Positions 19,871 through 30,287 of a stretch of DNA of 64,000 nucleotides are shown piece by piece. Location of the stretch: NCBI GenBank assembly GCA_031458695.1, contig JAVKJW010000002.1, positions 32,001 to 96,000 of the forward strand, in the 5' to 3' direction. The stretch is from Candidatus Thermofontivivens primus (GTDB lineage Bacteria; Sysuimicrobiota; Sysuimicrobiia; Sysuimicrobiales; Thermofontiviventaceae). Each line of letters opens with the position of its first letter. Position 1 is the stretch's first letter. The notes beneath the pieces were generated by a model. That model did not search any database, was not told the origin of the DNA, and saw only the letters and a list, made by a program, of their open reading frames with translations. Position numbers and translations under genes: made by a program.

Positions 19871-20488
19871 ATGAAGAGGGCTGGCGAGGATCGCAACAAG
19901 CACCTTTTGCGCATCGCTGCACGCCTCTTCCGTACGAAGGGCTATGCGGCCACGAGCGTTCGCGACATCGCGAGGGCCCTCAGGCTGGAGAGCTCATCCC
20001 TTTACCACTACATCGATTCCAAAGAGGAACTCCTCTACAGGATCTGTGTCCAGAGCCTTGATGAGCTCATGGAGAAAGTGGAACCTATCGTCTTCTCGCC
20101 TCTCCCTCCCTTAGAAAAGCTTCAGAGGTTTATCGAGACGCATGTCGACGCCATCCTCGAGGACCGCGATAGGCATGCCGTGATGCTGTTCGAGCTGAGA
20201 TCCCTCTCCCCAAGAAGGCGCAAGGCCATTGTCCAGTTGCGGGACCGGTACGAGCAACTTGTCCTCCGGATGGTCGAAGAAGGGCAACAGGCAGGCCTGC
20301 TCCGGCAGGACCTGTCCGCGCGCTATCTCAAGCTTGCTTTGTTGAACCTCCTCAACTGGTCGATCTTCTGGTACCGACCTCATGGGCCACTGGATTCCTC
20401 TGCCGTCGGGGGGTTGTTGGGCGAGGTCTTCCTGCATGGAGTCCTTCACACCGGAGTTCCACACAATGCGCTAGCGGCAGCGAGGTGA
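19871..20488 (+). CDS. TetR-family regulator (KstR2/PaaR-like)
   Basis: AARLFRTKGYAATSVRDIA.AL....SSLYHY..SKEELL HTH and C-terminal LNWSIFWYRP.G. Confidence 0.9.
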   Translation: MKRAGEDRNKHLLRIAARLFRTKGYAATSVRDIARALRLESSSLYHYIDSKEELLYRICVQSLDELMEKVEPIVFSPLPPLEKLQRFIETHVDAILEDRDRHAVMLFELRSLSPRRRKAIVQLRDRYEQLVLRMVEEGQQAGLLRQDLSARYLKLALLNLLNWSIFWYRPHGPLDSSAVGGLLGEVFLHGVLHTGVPHNALAAAR

Positions 20489-21825
20489 AGCGCATGGCCA
20501 AGGACAGGTATTGGGACCCGGAGATTGAGACGATGCCCCGCAAGCAGCTCCAGGCCCTCCAGCTGGAACGCCTTCGCTGGCAGATCGAGCGCTGCTATCG
20601 AGAATCGCCGTTCTACCGGGAGAGGTTCGACAGGGCGGGAGTCCGGCCTAGCCACCTCCAAACCCTTGCAGACCTCCGCCATTTCCCTCTCGTGACCAAG
20701 GAGGACCTCCGGAGGGAACAGGAGGCCTATCCGCCTTTTGGCAGATACGTCATCGCCCCGCGAGAGACTTGGCAGGAGCTGCACCCCTCTACAGGAACGA
20801 CAGGTCGCCCTGTCAACACGATTTGGTCGAAAGAGGATGCACGGGTCATCGCAGATCATACGGCCCGCACGATGTGGTCGTTCGGCACCCGCCCCCATGA
20901 TATCGTCCAGAACGCTTTCAGCTATGGGTTGTGGGTCGCTGGGATGGCCGTCCACTACGCCTGTGCCCTGATCGGCTGTTTCGTCATCCCTATTGGGGCC
21001 GGCACCACCCAGCGACAGATCGATTACTTCCTCTCCCCGGGGTCGACGGTTCTTCTCGCTACACCCTCGTTTGCGCTCCACATGGCCGAGGCTTTGCGCG
21101 AACGAGGGATCAGCCCAGACGAAATCCCGTTGCGCATCGGATGCTTCGGAGGCGAACCCGGTGCGGAGGTTCCTGCGACGCGGCAGCGGATTGAGCAGGG
21201 GCTGGGGATCGATTGCTACGACTACTACGGCCTGGGAGAGATCGCACCGACGTTTGCTTCGGAGTGTACGGAAAAGGACGGTCTCCACTGGGCAGAGGAT
21301 CACTATTTCATTGAAGTCGTCCACCCGGAGACCTTTGAGCCGTTGCCGCCTGGCGAGGTGGGCATCCTTGTCATGACCCATTTGACGCGCGAAGCTACGC
21401 CCATGATCCGGTACCTCACCAACGACTACGGGAAGGTAGACCTGGAACCATGTAGGTGCGGGCGCACCCATGGGCGTATTGTGGGCGGGATCCTCGGCCG
21501 TGCAGACGACATGATCATCTACCGAGGTGCAAAGTTCTACCCTGTCCAGGTCGAGCAGGTGGTGCGCAAGATGCCAGAGCTCAGCGACGAGTTCCGCATC
21601 GAGCTATCCCGGGACGAGCGTGGGATGGACCGTATCACCATTGTTGTGGAGAGCGCCTATCCCCAAGACGAGAGAGAGCAACAGAACCTTGTGGAGCGAT
21701 TACGCAGAGCTTTGAAGGAGGCACTCCAGGTCACACCGGAAGTCCGCGTGGTATCGTTCGGAACCCTGGAGCGAACGGTATTCAAGGCGAAACGAATTGT
21801 AGATCTCCGTCAGCAAGGGAAGTAA
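20485..21825 (+). CDS. paaK: phenylacetate-CoA ligase family protein
   Basis: STGTTGRP, NAFSYGL, ATPSFAL, FGGEPG, YDYYGLGE, PMIRY and GRADDM.IYRG. Exact substrate is uncertain. Confidence 0.85.
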   Translation: MKRMAKDRYWDPEIETMPRKQLQALQLERLRWQIERCYRESPFYRERFDRAGVRPSHLQTLADLRHFPLVTKEDLRREQEAYPPFGRYVIAPRETWQELHPSTGTTGRPVNTIWSKEDARVIADHTARTMWSFGTRPHDIVQNAFSYGLWVAGMAVHYACALIGCFVIPIGAGTTQRQIDYFLSPGSTVLLATPSFALHMAEALRERGISPDEIPLRIGCFGGEPGAEVPATRQRIEQGLGIDCYDYYGLGEIAPTFASECTEKDGLHWAEDHYFIEVVHPETFEPLPPGEVGILVMTHLTREATPMIRYLTNDYGKVDLEPCRCGRTHGRIVGGILGRADDMIIYRGAKFYPVQVEQVVRKMPELSDEFRIELSRDERGMDRITIVVESAYPQDEREQQNLVERLRRALKEALQVTPEVRVVSFGTLERTVFKAKRIVDLRQQGK

Positions 21826-21918
21826 CTTGGTCTTTCCAGCCCACACGGTCTTCTCAAGTTTTTTGGAGAGCGTGCTGAGTGGGAGACTGTGGAGACTCTG
21901 AGTGAAAGGGGGGAGAGT

Positions 21919-23190
21919 ATGAGGAGGATGCGATGGACATGGGCCCCGCTGGGAGGCACGGTTCTGCTCTTGCTCTTGTTCTCACAGGCGTTTTCGGCGC
22001 CTCCCCAATGCCAGCTAGGTGTCCCAGCCATCAAGCTGGGCGTCCAGGGAGTCGCCTCCGGCCCGCACGCAGATTATGGCCGCCAGATCCAAATGGGCGC
22101 TACCATGGCGATCGAGGAGATCAATGCCAAAGGTGGGATCCTGGGGTGTCGGCTAGAGATGCGCTTCATGGACGATGAGAACCGGCCGGCCACAGGTGTC
22201 CGCAACGCCCGCCTACTGGTCACAGAATATGGTGCGCATTTCCTCTATGGAACAGATAGCAGCGGCGTGGCCATGGCACTTGGGCCAGTGCTCAAAGAGC
22301 TCAACCGTATCCAGTTCTTCACCCACGCTGCGACCCATCGCCTTACCGAGGAGCTGGTTGCGCAACAGGGGATCAAGCAGATCGTGCGCGTCAGCGCGCC
22401 TGTTTACCAGGATGCTATTGCGGCGTGGGTGTTCAAGGATAATCCGGCCATTCGACGGTGGGCGACTATCGGGGCTGACTATGAGTACGGGTACGCTGTG
22501 TGGGGGCTCTTCCGGGAGACGTTGCGCAAGTTCCGCCCGGATGTGGAATTCGTTGGGGCGGCCTGGGCACCGTTTTTGACCACGGACTTTACGCCACACA
22601 TCTCTGCGGTGATGGCACAGAACCCGGACGCGATCATCGCCACACCGTGGGCGGGGGAAGCGGTGACGTTACTTCGGCAAGCAGTTCTCATGGGCGTGTT
22701 CGACAAAATCCAGGTCTGGTTCCAGGCGATGGGGGGTTCTGTAGATGTACTGGAGGGGATCGCGCGCGAGGTGCAGGACGGCCGCTTCAAAGGCAAGCTG
22801 TGGGCAACGGCCCGGTACATCCACAACTGGCCGAACACCCAGACGAACCGGGCGTTTGTAGAACGCTTCCAGAAGCGCTGGTCACGCCTGCCGAACTACT
22901 CTGCGGAGACCACCTATTCTGCGATCTACATCACAAAGGCGGCAGTCGAGAAAGCACGAAGCCTTGAGACCGACAAAGTGCTCGCCGCGCTCCGGGGCAT
23001 GCAGATCGTCACACCTGCTGGCCTGCGCGTGTTCCGGGAGGAAGACCACCAATTTGTGTACACGGTACCCGCGGGTCGCGTGGTCTGGAGCGAGCGGTAT
23101 AATATGCCGGTACTGGGCGATCTGCGCATCTTCGATCCTAAGGATTACTGGCGGTGGCCGCCGTTCACGCCGATCCCAATGGGGAAGTAA
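21919..23190 (+). CDS. ABC transporter substrate-binding protein (LivJ/K-like)
   Basis: Signal peptide; MAIEEINAKGGILG, DYEYG and TDFTPHIS motifs; heads a livHMGF-like set. Confidence 0.88.
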   Translation: MRRMRWTWAPLGGTVLLLLLFSQAFSAPPQCQLGVPAIKLGVQGVASGPHADYGRQIQMGATMAIEEINAKGGILGCRLEMRFMDDENRPATGVRNARLLVTEYGAHFLYGTDSSGVAMALGPVLKELNRIQFFTHAATHRLTEELVAQQGIKQIVRVSAPVYQDAIAAWVFKDNPAIRRWATIGADYEYGYAVWGLFRETLRKFRPDVEFVGAAWAPFLTTDFTPHISAVMAQNPDAIIATPWAGEAVTLLRQAVLMGVFDKIQVWFQAMGGSVDVLEGIAREVQDGRFKGKLWATARYIHNWPNTQTNRAFVERFQKRWSRLPNYSAETTYSAIYITKAAVEKARSLETDKVLAALRGMQIVTPAGLRVFREEDHQFVYTVPAGRVVWSERYNMPVLGDLRIFDPKDYWRWPPFTPIPMGK

Positions 23191-23208
23191 GGTGATTCAG
23201 CAAAGCGT

Positions 23209-24075
23209 ATGATGAACACGGTCCTTTACCAGGGCCTTGTGGGCATCTCCTTGGCCATGTACCTCTGGCTGATCTCAGCCGGGCTCACTATTATTTTCGG
23301 TGTGCTCGGCGTGCTCAATTTCGCCCACGGGAGCCTCTTCATGCTGGGGGCCTATATCGCCTATACCCTCTATGGCATGGTAGGCTTGCCGTTTGGGGCG
23401 GCAGTTCTGCTCAGTCTCGCGGTCGTGGGGGCGGTGGGGTTTGCGATGGAACGATTCTTCCTCCGCCCCCTCTACCATGTAGACGAGGCGTACCAGCTCT
23501 TGCTCACCTTTGGCTTTGTGCTCGTCCTCGACGATGCCGTGAAGATCCTTTGGGGCGGGGTCTTTAAGATTCCGCCCATTCCCGCATTTTTAGATGGCGC
23601 GTGGCGGGTGTTCGGACGCCCCTTCCCTGTGTACAATGTCTTCCTGATCACCGTGGGCCTCCTGGTTGGGGTGGTCCTTTGGTTCCTCTTCGAGCGCACA
23701 TGGTGGGGTCGCATCGTTCGCGCCACCGCCTCAGATCGCGAAATGGCCGCCGCGCTGGGCGTGCATGTGCCGCGTGTCTTCTCCTCTGTCTTTGTGTTTG
23801 GGGCCATGCTGGCAGCCCTTGGAGGGGCGCTCGGAACACCGGTGCGTGTCGTCGCCCCTGGGATCGGATCGGCCATGATCATCCAGGCGTTCATCATCAC
23901 GGTGATTGGTGGTTTGGGTAACCTGAAGGGTGCGTTCGTGGGATCTTTGATCGTTGGGGTGCTGTCCGCCTACGGGACGCTCTTCTTCCCAGTCTTCGAG
24001 CTTTTCTTCATCTTTGTGATCATGGCGGTTGTCCTTCTGGTGCGACCACAGGGCTTATTTGGAGCGACACGATGA
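23209..24075 (+). CDS. livH: branched-chain amino acid-type ABC permease
   Basis: GLTIIFGVLGVLNFAHGSLFMLGAY, IIQAFIITVIGGLG and RPQGLFG. Confidence 0.9.
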   Translation: MMNTVLYQGLVGISLAMYLWLISAGLTIIFGVLGVLNFAHGSLFMLGAYIAYTLYGMVGLPFGAAVLLSLAVVGAVGFAMERFFLRPLYHVDEAYQLLLTFGFVLVLDDAVKILWGGVFKIPPIPAFLDGAWRVFGRPFPVYNVFLITVGLLVGVVLWFLFERTWWGRIVRATASDREMAAALGVHVPRVFSSVFVFGAMLAALGGALGTPVRVVAPGIGSAMIIQAFIITVIGGLGNLKGAFVGSLIVGVLSAYGTLFFPVFELFFIFVIMAVVLLVRPQGLFGATR

Positions 24076-25100
24076 TGAGGAACGGAGCAATAGGACGCGC
24101 TTGGCTTGGGGTGCGGCTTTTCACCGGTTTCCTCTTGATCTTCTTCGCACTGCTGCCGCGTTTCTCGAGCACTTATGTTGTCTACCTGACCATCCATATT
24201 CTGATCCTCTCCCTGTTCGCCCTGGGGTTCAACCTCTTGTTTGGATACACGGGGCTGCTTTCCTTTGGCCAGGCAGGATTCTACGCAGTAGGTGCGTATG
24301 TGTGTGCGAGAATCCTTCTCGTAAGACCCTCCCTGCTCCTTGGGGTTGTTGGAGGTATGTTGGCTGCTTGCCTTGTCTCCCTGGTCGTGGGTGCGCTCTC
24401 GGTACGGCACACCCGCATTTACTTCTCGATGCTTACCCTGGCCTTCGGGATGATCATCTTTTCCCTGGCGTGGAAGTGGCGCGACGTGACAGGGGGAGAC
24501 GACGGCCTGGTAGGGATCCCTCGCGCACCACTTGTGCTTGGGCCGCTGGCCGTGGACATGACGAGGTTGGATCATTACTATTCCTTTGTCTTCTTCCTCG
24601 CGGTGCTTGCCATTTGGTTTATGTACCGGATCGTCACTTCTCCCTTCGGTCTCACTCTCCAGGCGATCCGAGATAGCGAGGTCCGTGCTTCGTTCACAGG
24701 GATCCCCGTGCGGGCACACCGGTTTTGGGCATTTGTGATTGCAGGGACCTATGCGGGGTTGGCGGGGTCCTTGCTGCCCCCGCTTGAGAACACCGTGACA
24801 CCTCCTGTTGCTCATTGGACAACCTCCGCAGAACCTGTGCTGGCGACATTGCTCGGGGGTATCCACAGTTTCGCGGGTCCCATCGTGGGCGCGTTCCTCT
24901 TATTCGTCATCAAGGACCTGATCGTGCGCGTCACGATCCACTGGTCTATCGTGCTGGGGATCACCGTCATCGTCCTCGTCATGGGTTTTCGAGGAGGTGT
25001 GGCAGGGGTGCTGGCTGGACTGTTCCAGCGAGTGGTGGCGGTGAAGGTCAGCAGAACGCCAGAACCTATCCCAGTTGGGTCGGAGGGGGAAGAATCGTGA
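24072..25100 (+). CDS. livM: branched-chain amino acid-type ABC permease
   Basis: NLLFGYTGLLSFGQAGFYAVGAY, YFSMLTLAF, TGGDDG and SPFGLTLQAIRDSE.RA. Confidence 0.9.
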   Translation: MMRNGAIGRAWLGVRLFTGFLLIFFALLPRFSSTYVVYLTIHILILSLFALGFNLLFGYTGLLSFGQAGFYAVGAYVCARILLVRPSLLLGVVGGMLAACLVSLVVGALSVRHTRIYFSMLTLAFGMIIFSLAWKWRDVTGGDDGLVGIPRAPLVLGPLAVDMTRLDHYYSFVFFLAVLAIWFMYRIVTSPFGLTLQAIRDSEVRASFTGIPVRAHRFWAFVIAGTYAGLAGSLLPPLENTVTPPVAHWTTSAEPVLATLLGGIHSFAGPIVGAFLLFVIKDLIVRVTIHWSIVLGITVIVLVMGFRGGVAGVLAGLFQRVVAVKVSRTPEPIPVGSEGEES

Positions 25101-25855
25101 GTGTCCTGCTTCGCACCTCCGGCTTGCGCAAGCGCTTCGGTGAGCTGCGGGCAGTGGACAATGTATCGCTCGAACTCCACGAGGGCATCCTGACTGCCAT
25201 CATCGGCCCGAACGGTGCAGGGAAGACTACCTTGATCAACCTATTGAGCGGAGCCCTCACGCCGGATGAAGGCCGTATCGAGTTCCTTGGAGAGGAGATC
25301 ACACATCTTCCGGCACATCTCCGCGTGCGCCGAGGGCTTGTGCGGTCGTTCCAAATTATGAACATCTTCCCTCGGCTGAGCGTTGAGGAGAACGTGCTCG
25401 TGCCTGTTCTCGTGCGCTTACGCCGTGACCGGCATGTCTGGGGACCGGTCTCTCGATGTTCTGACGCCCTTGCGGAAGTCGAGCGAGTATTGCAAGCAGT
25501 TGGCCTCTGGGAGATGCGCAACCACCCAGCAGGAGCGCTCTCTCACGGAGATAAGCGCCGTCTCGAGTTAGGCATCGCCATTGCGTCCCGACCGGTCCTG
25601 TGCTTGCTCGATGAACCGTGCTCGGGGACGAACCCCGTGGAGCGAAGGGGTGTGCTTGCTCTCGTGCAGAAATTAGCCCGTGAAGGTCAGACAACCTTTG
25701 TCATCGTGGAGCATGACATGGATGTGGTGTTTAGCTTAGCACAACGGATCGTGGTGATGAGCCGAGGTCAGATCCTGGCCGACGGCACTCCTTCAGAGAT
25801 CCGGGACAACGCAGATGTGCGTGCGATCTATCTCGGAGAGGTACAGGATTCGTGA
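25097..25855 (+). CDS. livG: ABC ATP-binding protein
   Basis: GPNGAGKTT, RSFQ, LSHGDKRRLE, LLDEP and IVEHDMDVV. GTG 25097 overlaps the livM stop. Confidence 0.9.
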   Translation: MSVLLRTSGLRKRFGELRAVDNVSLELHEGILTAIIGPNGAGKTTLINLLSGALTPDEGRIEFLGEEITHLPAHLRVRRGLVRSFQIMNIFPRLSVEENVLVPVLVRLRRDRHVWGPVSRCSDALAEVERVLQAVGLWEMRNHPAGALSHGDKRRLELGIAIASRPVLCLLDEPCSGTNPVERRGVLALVQKLAREGQTTFVIVEHDMDVVFSLAQRIVVMSRGQILADGTPSEIRDNADVRAIYLGEVQDS

Positions 25856-25899
25856 GAAGACCAACGATCCCAATGTTTGAGAGGGGTCCGTAGAAAGCG

Positions 25900-26598
25900 A
25901 TGCTGAGCGTTACTGGCCTGGTTGTCGGTTATGGCGACAGCATTGTCGTGCAGGGACTTTCTCTCCATGTGTCCGAAGGGGAAATCGTTGCGCTTTTGGG
26001 TCGGAATGGTGCAGGCAAGACCACGACGCTCCGCGGCCTTATAGGGCTGACACCGCCGCGCAGCGGCCATGTGTGGTTCCGCGGGAAGGATCTGCGAGGC
26101 CTCCCGCCTTACCAGATCGCACGGTTTGGCATCGCCTACGTCCCCGACGACCGACGCATCTTTCCCCATCTCACTGTAGAAGAGAACTTGCTGCTGGCAG
26201 CGCGGGTGCTGAACCGGCGTGGGCCGTGGACGCTTGAGCGAGTTTACCAGATCTTCCCCTCGCTCTCTCTATTGCGCAGGAACCTTGGGACAAATCTCAG
26301 CGGCGGCGAGCAAAAGATGCTGGCCATTGGACGGGCACTCATGACCAACCCTCTTTTGCTCTTGCTCGATGAGCCCGCAGAGGGACTTGCCCCGCTTGTG
26401 GTTCAACAGCTCATCCGCACCATTGAGGAGATCCGGGCAGCAGGGGTGACGATCCTCCTTGCCGATCAAAATATGCACTTTTGCCGACGTCTTGCTGACC
26501 GCGGGTATGTGATCGACAAGGGTTCTGCCCGGTTCGAGGGGACGATGGAGGAGATCTGGCGGAACGAAGAAGTGATCCGACAGTACTTGTCGGTCTAA
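25900..26598 (+). CDS. livF: ABC ATP-binding protein
   Basis: GRNGAGKTT, LSGGEQKMLAIGRAL and LLDEPAEGLAP. Confidence 0.9.
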   Translation: MLSVTGLVVGYGDSIVVQGLSLHVSEGEIVALLGRNGAGKTTTLRGLIGLTPPRSGHVWFRGKDLRGLPPYQIARFGIAYVPDDRRIFPHLTVEENLLLAARVLNRRGPWTLERVYQIFPSLSLLRRNLGTNLSGGEQKMLAIGRALMTNPLLLLLDEPAEGLAPLVVQQLIRTIEEIRAAGVTILLADQNMHFCRRLADRGYVIDKGSARFEGTMEEIWRNEEVIRQYLSV

Positions 26599-26711
26599 GG
26601 GAGCGAGCGAATTCTTTGGATAAGGTTTCGCCCATGAAGGGTTCTTCCCCGTTGCGTCGAATGATTCGGGCGGAGGGTAGGGAGGGGACTTGACACGCGG
26701 GAGGTGAGGGT

Positions 26712-26864
26712 ATGTGGGCGAACTGGGTTAATGTGATTGTTGGGATCTGGCTTATTATCTCTCCGTTCGTGGTGAAGAGCGCTTCTGGGATCCAGTGGAA
26801 CAATATCATCTTCGGCATCGTAGTGGCTGTCCTCGCCTACTACGCAACAACCCAGAAGAAATAG
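26712..26864 (+). CDS. 50-aa SPW-repeat-like small membrane protein (absent from the ORF track)
   Basis: GGAGGTGAGG RBS. Translates as MWANWVNVIVGIWLIISPFVVKSASGIQWNNIIFGIVVAVLAYYATTQKK, with two hydrophobic helices and the WVN..G.WLIISP[W/F]...WNN..G pattern. Confidence 0.8.
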   Translation: MWANWVNVIVGIWLIISPFVVKSASGIQWNNIIFGIVVAVLAYYATTQKK

Positions 26865-26968
26865 AACGTACCCACCCTTGCAGCACCCCCTCCCTCCCTT
26901 CATGAAGTCCTTTTAGGTTGTACCTGTGGTTGCATGCCTGATACCCGAGAACCTGTCCCTGATCGATC

Positions 26969-27883
26969 ATGTCCTTTTTGATTTCCTTCCCAACGCTTCT
27001 CCTCAAGGGGATCCTTACGCTCATCGCCCTCTGGCTTCTGGGGCGCTTTGTTTCGCCCCTTCGTGTCCTGGAAGTGTTGATGCATGCGAATTTCCTTCCG
27101 CTCCTCTTGGCGGTTTCCCTTGCGTGGGGATTCGCCGTGTTGAAAGCGATCAAGTGGGGGCTGTTGATCAGGGCGAGTGCTGTTCCTGTCGGCATGAGCG
27201 TTGCGTTTCGATCCTATTTCCTCGGAATGGCCGTCGGCCTTCTCACGCCAGGACGGGTAGGCGAGGTCGCTCGAATCGCCTGTCTCCCCCGGGAACGAAG
27301 GCTAGCGCTCGGAAGCCTCGTAGCCTTCGACAAGTCCATGGATGCCTGGGCGATAGCGGCCTTGGCCCTCCTAGGGGTGAACGCGCTCTTTGGGCCTCGC
27401 CTTGCTCTCCTCGTAGCTTTAGGGCTCTTCGTCTGGGGATTTCTGACCCTGTACCCTGGGTGGACGGTGGCGGTTCTGCGCCGGAGGGGCGCCATCCCGC
27501 GTCTCCTTCCCTGGTCCTCCCAGGTGGATCAAAGGTCACTTCGTACGGCGTTTGGGCTTACTGTGGTCGCGTTTGCAACGATCACGGCTGAGGCAGTGTT
27601 CATCGCTCAAGCCTTTCATCCTGCGGCGGAGCTCCCAGTGGTCCTCACCCTTCCGGCCATCCTGGTGGCGAATAGCCTTCCGATCACCCTCGGGGGCCTC
27701 GGGGTGCGGGAGGGTGTGGCGGTCTTCCTCATGGGGAGGTTCGGGGTAAGCCCGGAGGCCGCTACTCTGGTGGCGTTCACCTTGTTTGTCTTCAACACGT
27801 TCTTCCCAGCGCTTCTCGGGTTTCTGGTGGCGAGCAGGGAAGCATCCCGTCAGGAAAACTTGAACACCGCTCGCCAGGCCTAG
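26969..27883 (+). CDS. lysylphosphatidylglycerol synthase TM / flippase-like domain protein
   Basis: TPGRVGEVAR and LPITLGGLGVREG motifs; polytopic membrane protein. Confidence 0.82.
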   Translation: MSFLISFPTLLLKGILTLIALWLLGRFVSPLRVLEVLMHANFLPLLLAVSLAWGFAVLKAIKWGLLIRASAVPVGMSVAFRSYFLGMAVGLLTPGRVGEVARIACLPRERRLALGSLVAFDKSMDAWAIAALALLGVNALFGPRLALLVALGLFVWGFLTLYPGWTVAVLRRRGAIPRLLPWSSQVDQRSLRTAFGLTVVAFATITAEAVFIAQAFHPAAELPVVLTLPAILVANSLPITLGGLGVREGVAVFLMGRFGVSPEAATLVAFTLFVFNTFFPALLGFLVASREASRQENLNTARQA

Positions 27884-27914
27884 CCCTCTCCACCAGGAGT
27901 TTCAGGGGAAGCAT

Positions 27915-30275
27915 TCACTTCGTTGCAATCACAATCGAATAGGTCCCGGTTGCCTCGACGGTAATGCGCGCGGCGCCAGCATCCACACCTGTATCGAGGA
28001 CCTTCGCCTCTCCCTTCACGTGGAGCTTGCTCCAGGAGGAGATCCCGTGGATACGCAGGATATGCGTCCTGCGCGTGGCCCCGCACTTCCATCGGAATCC
28101 CCGTGCGTCCCGCGTGGCCTTCATAGGGACCTCCCCTTCCTCATCGTCGAAGAGGGTGAAGTCCGCTTCGGTCGTAACGTAGATCTCGAGGGTGAGCGGG
28201 TCCTCTGGCCGTTCCCCGCTGAACTGCATCTCCGGTCCTAGGGGGATGATAGACTCCCCCCTGATGAACAGGGGGATCCTTTCCAGGGGGCCGCGCCAGC
28301 GGGTCCATCGTGCTCCCTCGAAACGCTGGCCTGTCCAGAAATCGACCCACCATCCTGCAGGGAGATAGACAGCTCTTTCGTCGCGTTCTGTCAGGATAGG
28401 CGCTACCAACAGGGACTCCCCGAGAAGGTACTCGTCGGAGATGGAGGGGACAGCTGGGTCGTCTTGGTACTCCAGAATCAGAGGACGCATCAGGGGAAGC
28501 CCGGCCTTTGTGCAACGGTAGGCTTCGGAGTATAGGTAGGGGATCAATCGGTAACGGAGGTGGGAGAACGCCCGCACAATTTCCACTGTGCGTCGGCCGA
28601 AGTACCACGGCTCACGAGGTGTGGTCCCGTGGAATCGGGCGTGAGAGGAGAGAAGGCCGAATTGAGCCCATCTGACATACAATTTGGGATCCTTTAAACT
28701 ATAGAATCCTCCAATGTCGTGGCTCCAGAAGGCAAACCCACTCAGTCCTAAGGAGAGTCCGCTCGCCAGCACCCGCCCGAGGACCTCCCACTTGGACTGA
28801 GCATCGCCGCTCCAGTGGACTGGGAATCGCTGAGATCCTGCCCAGGCGCTGCGTGCCCAGATCACTGGTTGGGGGGAGAACTCCTGGCTTACCTCAAACA
28901 CCGTGCTGGTATACAATAAAGGATACAAATTGTGGAGTTCCTCTCCGCGCATCCCTGAGGAGCTCACGGCATCCTGCGGGACCTCCTCCCCGTAGTCTGT
29001 TTTAAAGGCAGCGACCCCCTGCGCGAGCAGAGGCCTATGCAGCGACTTGTACCACTCCCTCGCATCAGGGTTCGTGAAATCTACCACTGCTGCAGGGACA
29101 CCCCGCTCGGGGCGCGCGGGAGTGCCATCTGGAGCGCGCAAGAAATATCCCTTCTCCATGGCATCCTGGAACAAAGGGCTGTCCATGGGGAAGTAAGGGT
29201 TCTCCCAGAGAGAAACCTTCACGCCCTGGCGGCGTAACTGGCGGAGCATCTCTGCGGGCTTTGGGAAGGCCTCTTCATCCCAGAGGAAATCGCAGGCGTC
29301 AAAGTCCCTCTTCTTCCGCCCTTTCAGCCAGAGGGGGTCGATGTGGAGAACATCGAAGGGAAGGCCTTCCTTGCGCAGGCGTTGGACGATCGTTTCGATC
29401 TCCTTGCGGTTCTTGTACATGCAGCGCGAGTACCACACTCCGAAGCTCCACTTGGGAGGAAGTGGGGGTCGGCCGGTAAGGGCAGTATATCGGCGAAGGA
29501 TCTCCTTGAAGGTGGGACCGTAGATGAGGAAATAATCCAGATCCCCTCCTTCGACCATCACAACACCGCTGATCGCTGAGGAAGCCCCCAGGTCAACGTG
29601 GACGGGGTAGGAAGTGTGCACGAACATCCCGTAGCCGCGAGTGCTCATGAAGAAGGGGACAGGCTTGTAGGCGAGGGTTGTCGAATTGGTGCCATGAGCC
29701 TCTCTGACCTGCAAGAGGACGCGTTGACCACGCTGATCGAAAGCTACGTATCGCTCCCCTAGCCCGTAGAGATGTTCTTCATGGTCTAGGACAAAGGTCT
29801 CGTAGGTGGAGATCTTGTGCGTGGATCTCTCCACTGCAAACCCCAGGGGGAAGGTGATGGGGTCCTCGAACGCCCTATCGGCCACCTGCTCCTGGAAGAC
29901 CAACCTCCCCTGGATATCTGTGACCCGCAGCTCCCAGGGAGCTCGCAGGATGCGCACGGCGAGGGATCCTGTCTTGATGAGCACGCCATCGCGCTCTTCG
30001 TGGACTTGAAGTCGCACGCGGCGAAGTCGTTCGGTGACCAACATGGGGGAGGGCTGTCGAGGAAGTCCCCCCATGCTGAGTCGCAGCCGCAGGATCTCCG
30101 GGGAGGAGAAGGTGAGGAAGACGTGGAGGCGATCTCCCTGCTCCGTGAGGGCATCGAACTGGATGCCCCCCGGGATGAGCCGGTACCGCTCCCATCGATG
30201 GATGGGATGGAACTCGTACCGGGTCAGGTCGAAGATCGCGTGCGCATGTGGTGGGAAACGGCGCACAGGGCTCAT
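27915..30275 (-). CDS. GH31 glycosidase (alpha-xylosidase YicI-like)
   Basis: YGLGE, AYKPVPFFMS, FKTDYGE (nucleophile), HWSGD, WSHDIGGF and PLMRPL. Confidence 0.9.
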   Translation of the reverse strand: MSPVRRFPPHAHAIFDLTRYEFHPIHRWERYRLIPGGIQFDALTEQGDRLHVFLTFSSPEILRLRLSMGGLPRQPSPMLVTERLRRVRLQVHEERDGVLIKTGSLAVRILRAPWELRVTDIQGRLVFQEQVADRAFEDPITFPLGFAVERSTHKISTYETFVLDHEEHLYGLGERYVAFDQRGQRVLLQVREAHGTNSTTLAYKPVPFFMSTRGYGMFVHTSYPVHVDLGASSAISGVVMVEGGDLDYFLIYGPTFKEILRRYTALTGRPPLPPKWSFGVWYSRCMYKNRKEIETIVQRLRKEGLPFDVLHIDPLWLKGRKKRDFDACDFLWDEEAFPKPAEMLRQLRRQGVKVSLWENPYFPMDSPLFQDAMEKGYFLRAPDGTPARPERGVPAAVVDFTNPDAREWYKSLHRPLLAQGVAAFKTDYGEEVPQDAVSSSGMRGEELHNLYPLLYTSTVFEVSQEFSPQPVIWARSAWAGSQRFPVHWSGDAQSKWEVLGRVLASGLSLGLSGFAFWSHDIGGFYSLKDPKLYVRWAQFGLLSSHARFHGTTPREPWYFGRRTVEIVRAFSHLRYRLIPYLYSEAYRCTKAGLPLMRPLILEYQDDPAVPSISDEYLLGESLLVAPILTERDERAVYLPAGWWVDFWTGQRFEGARWTRWRGPLERIPLFIRGESIIPLGPEMQFSGERPEDPLTLEIYVTTEADFTLFDDEEGEVPMKATRDARGFRWKCGATRRTHILRIHGISSWSKLHVKGEAKVLDTGVDAGAARITVEATGTYSIVIATK

Positions 30276-30287
30276 GGAGCGTTGACC

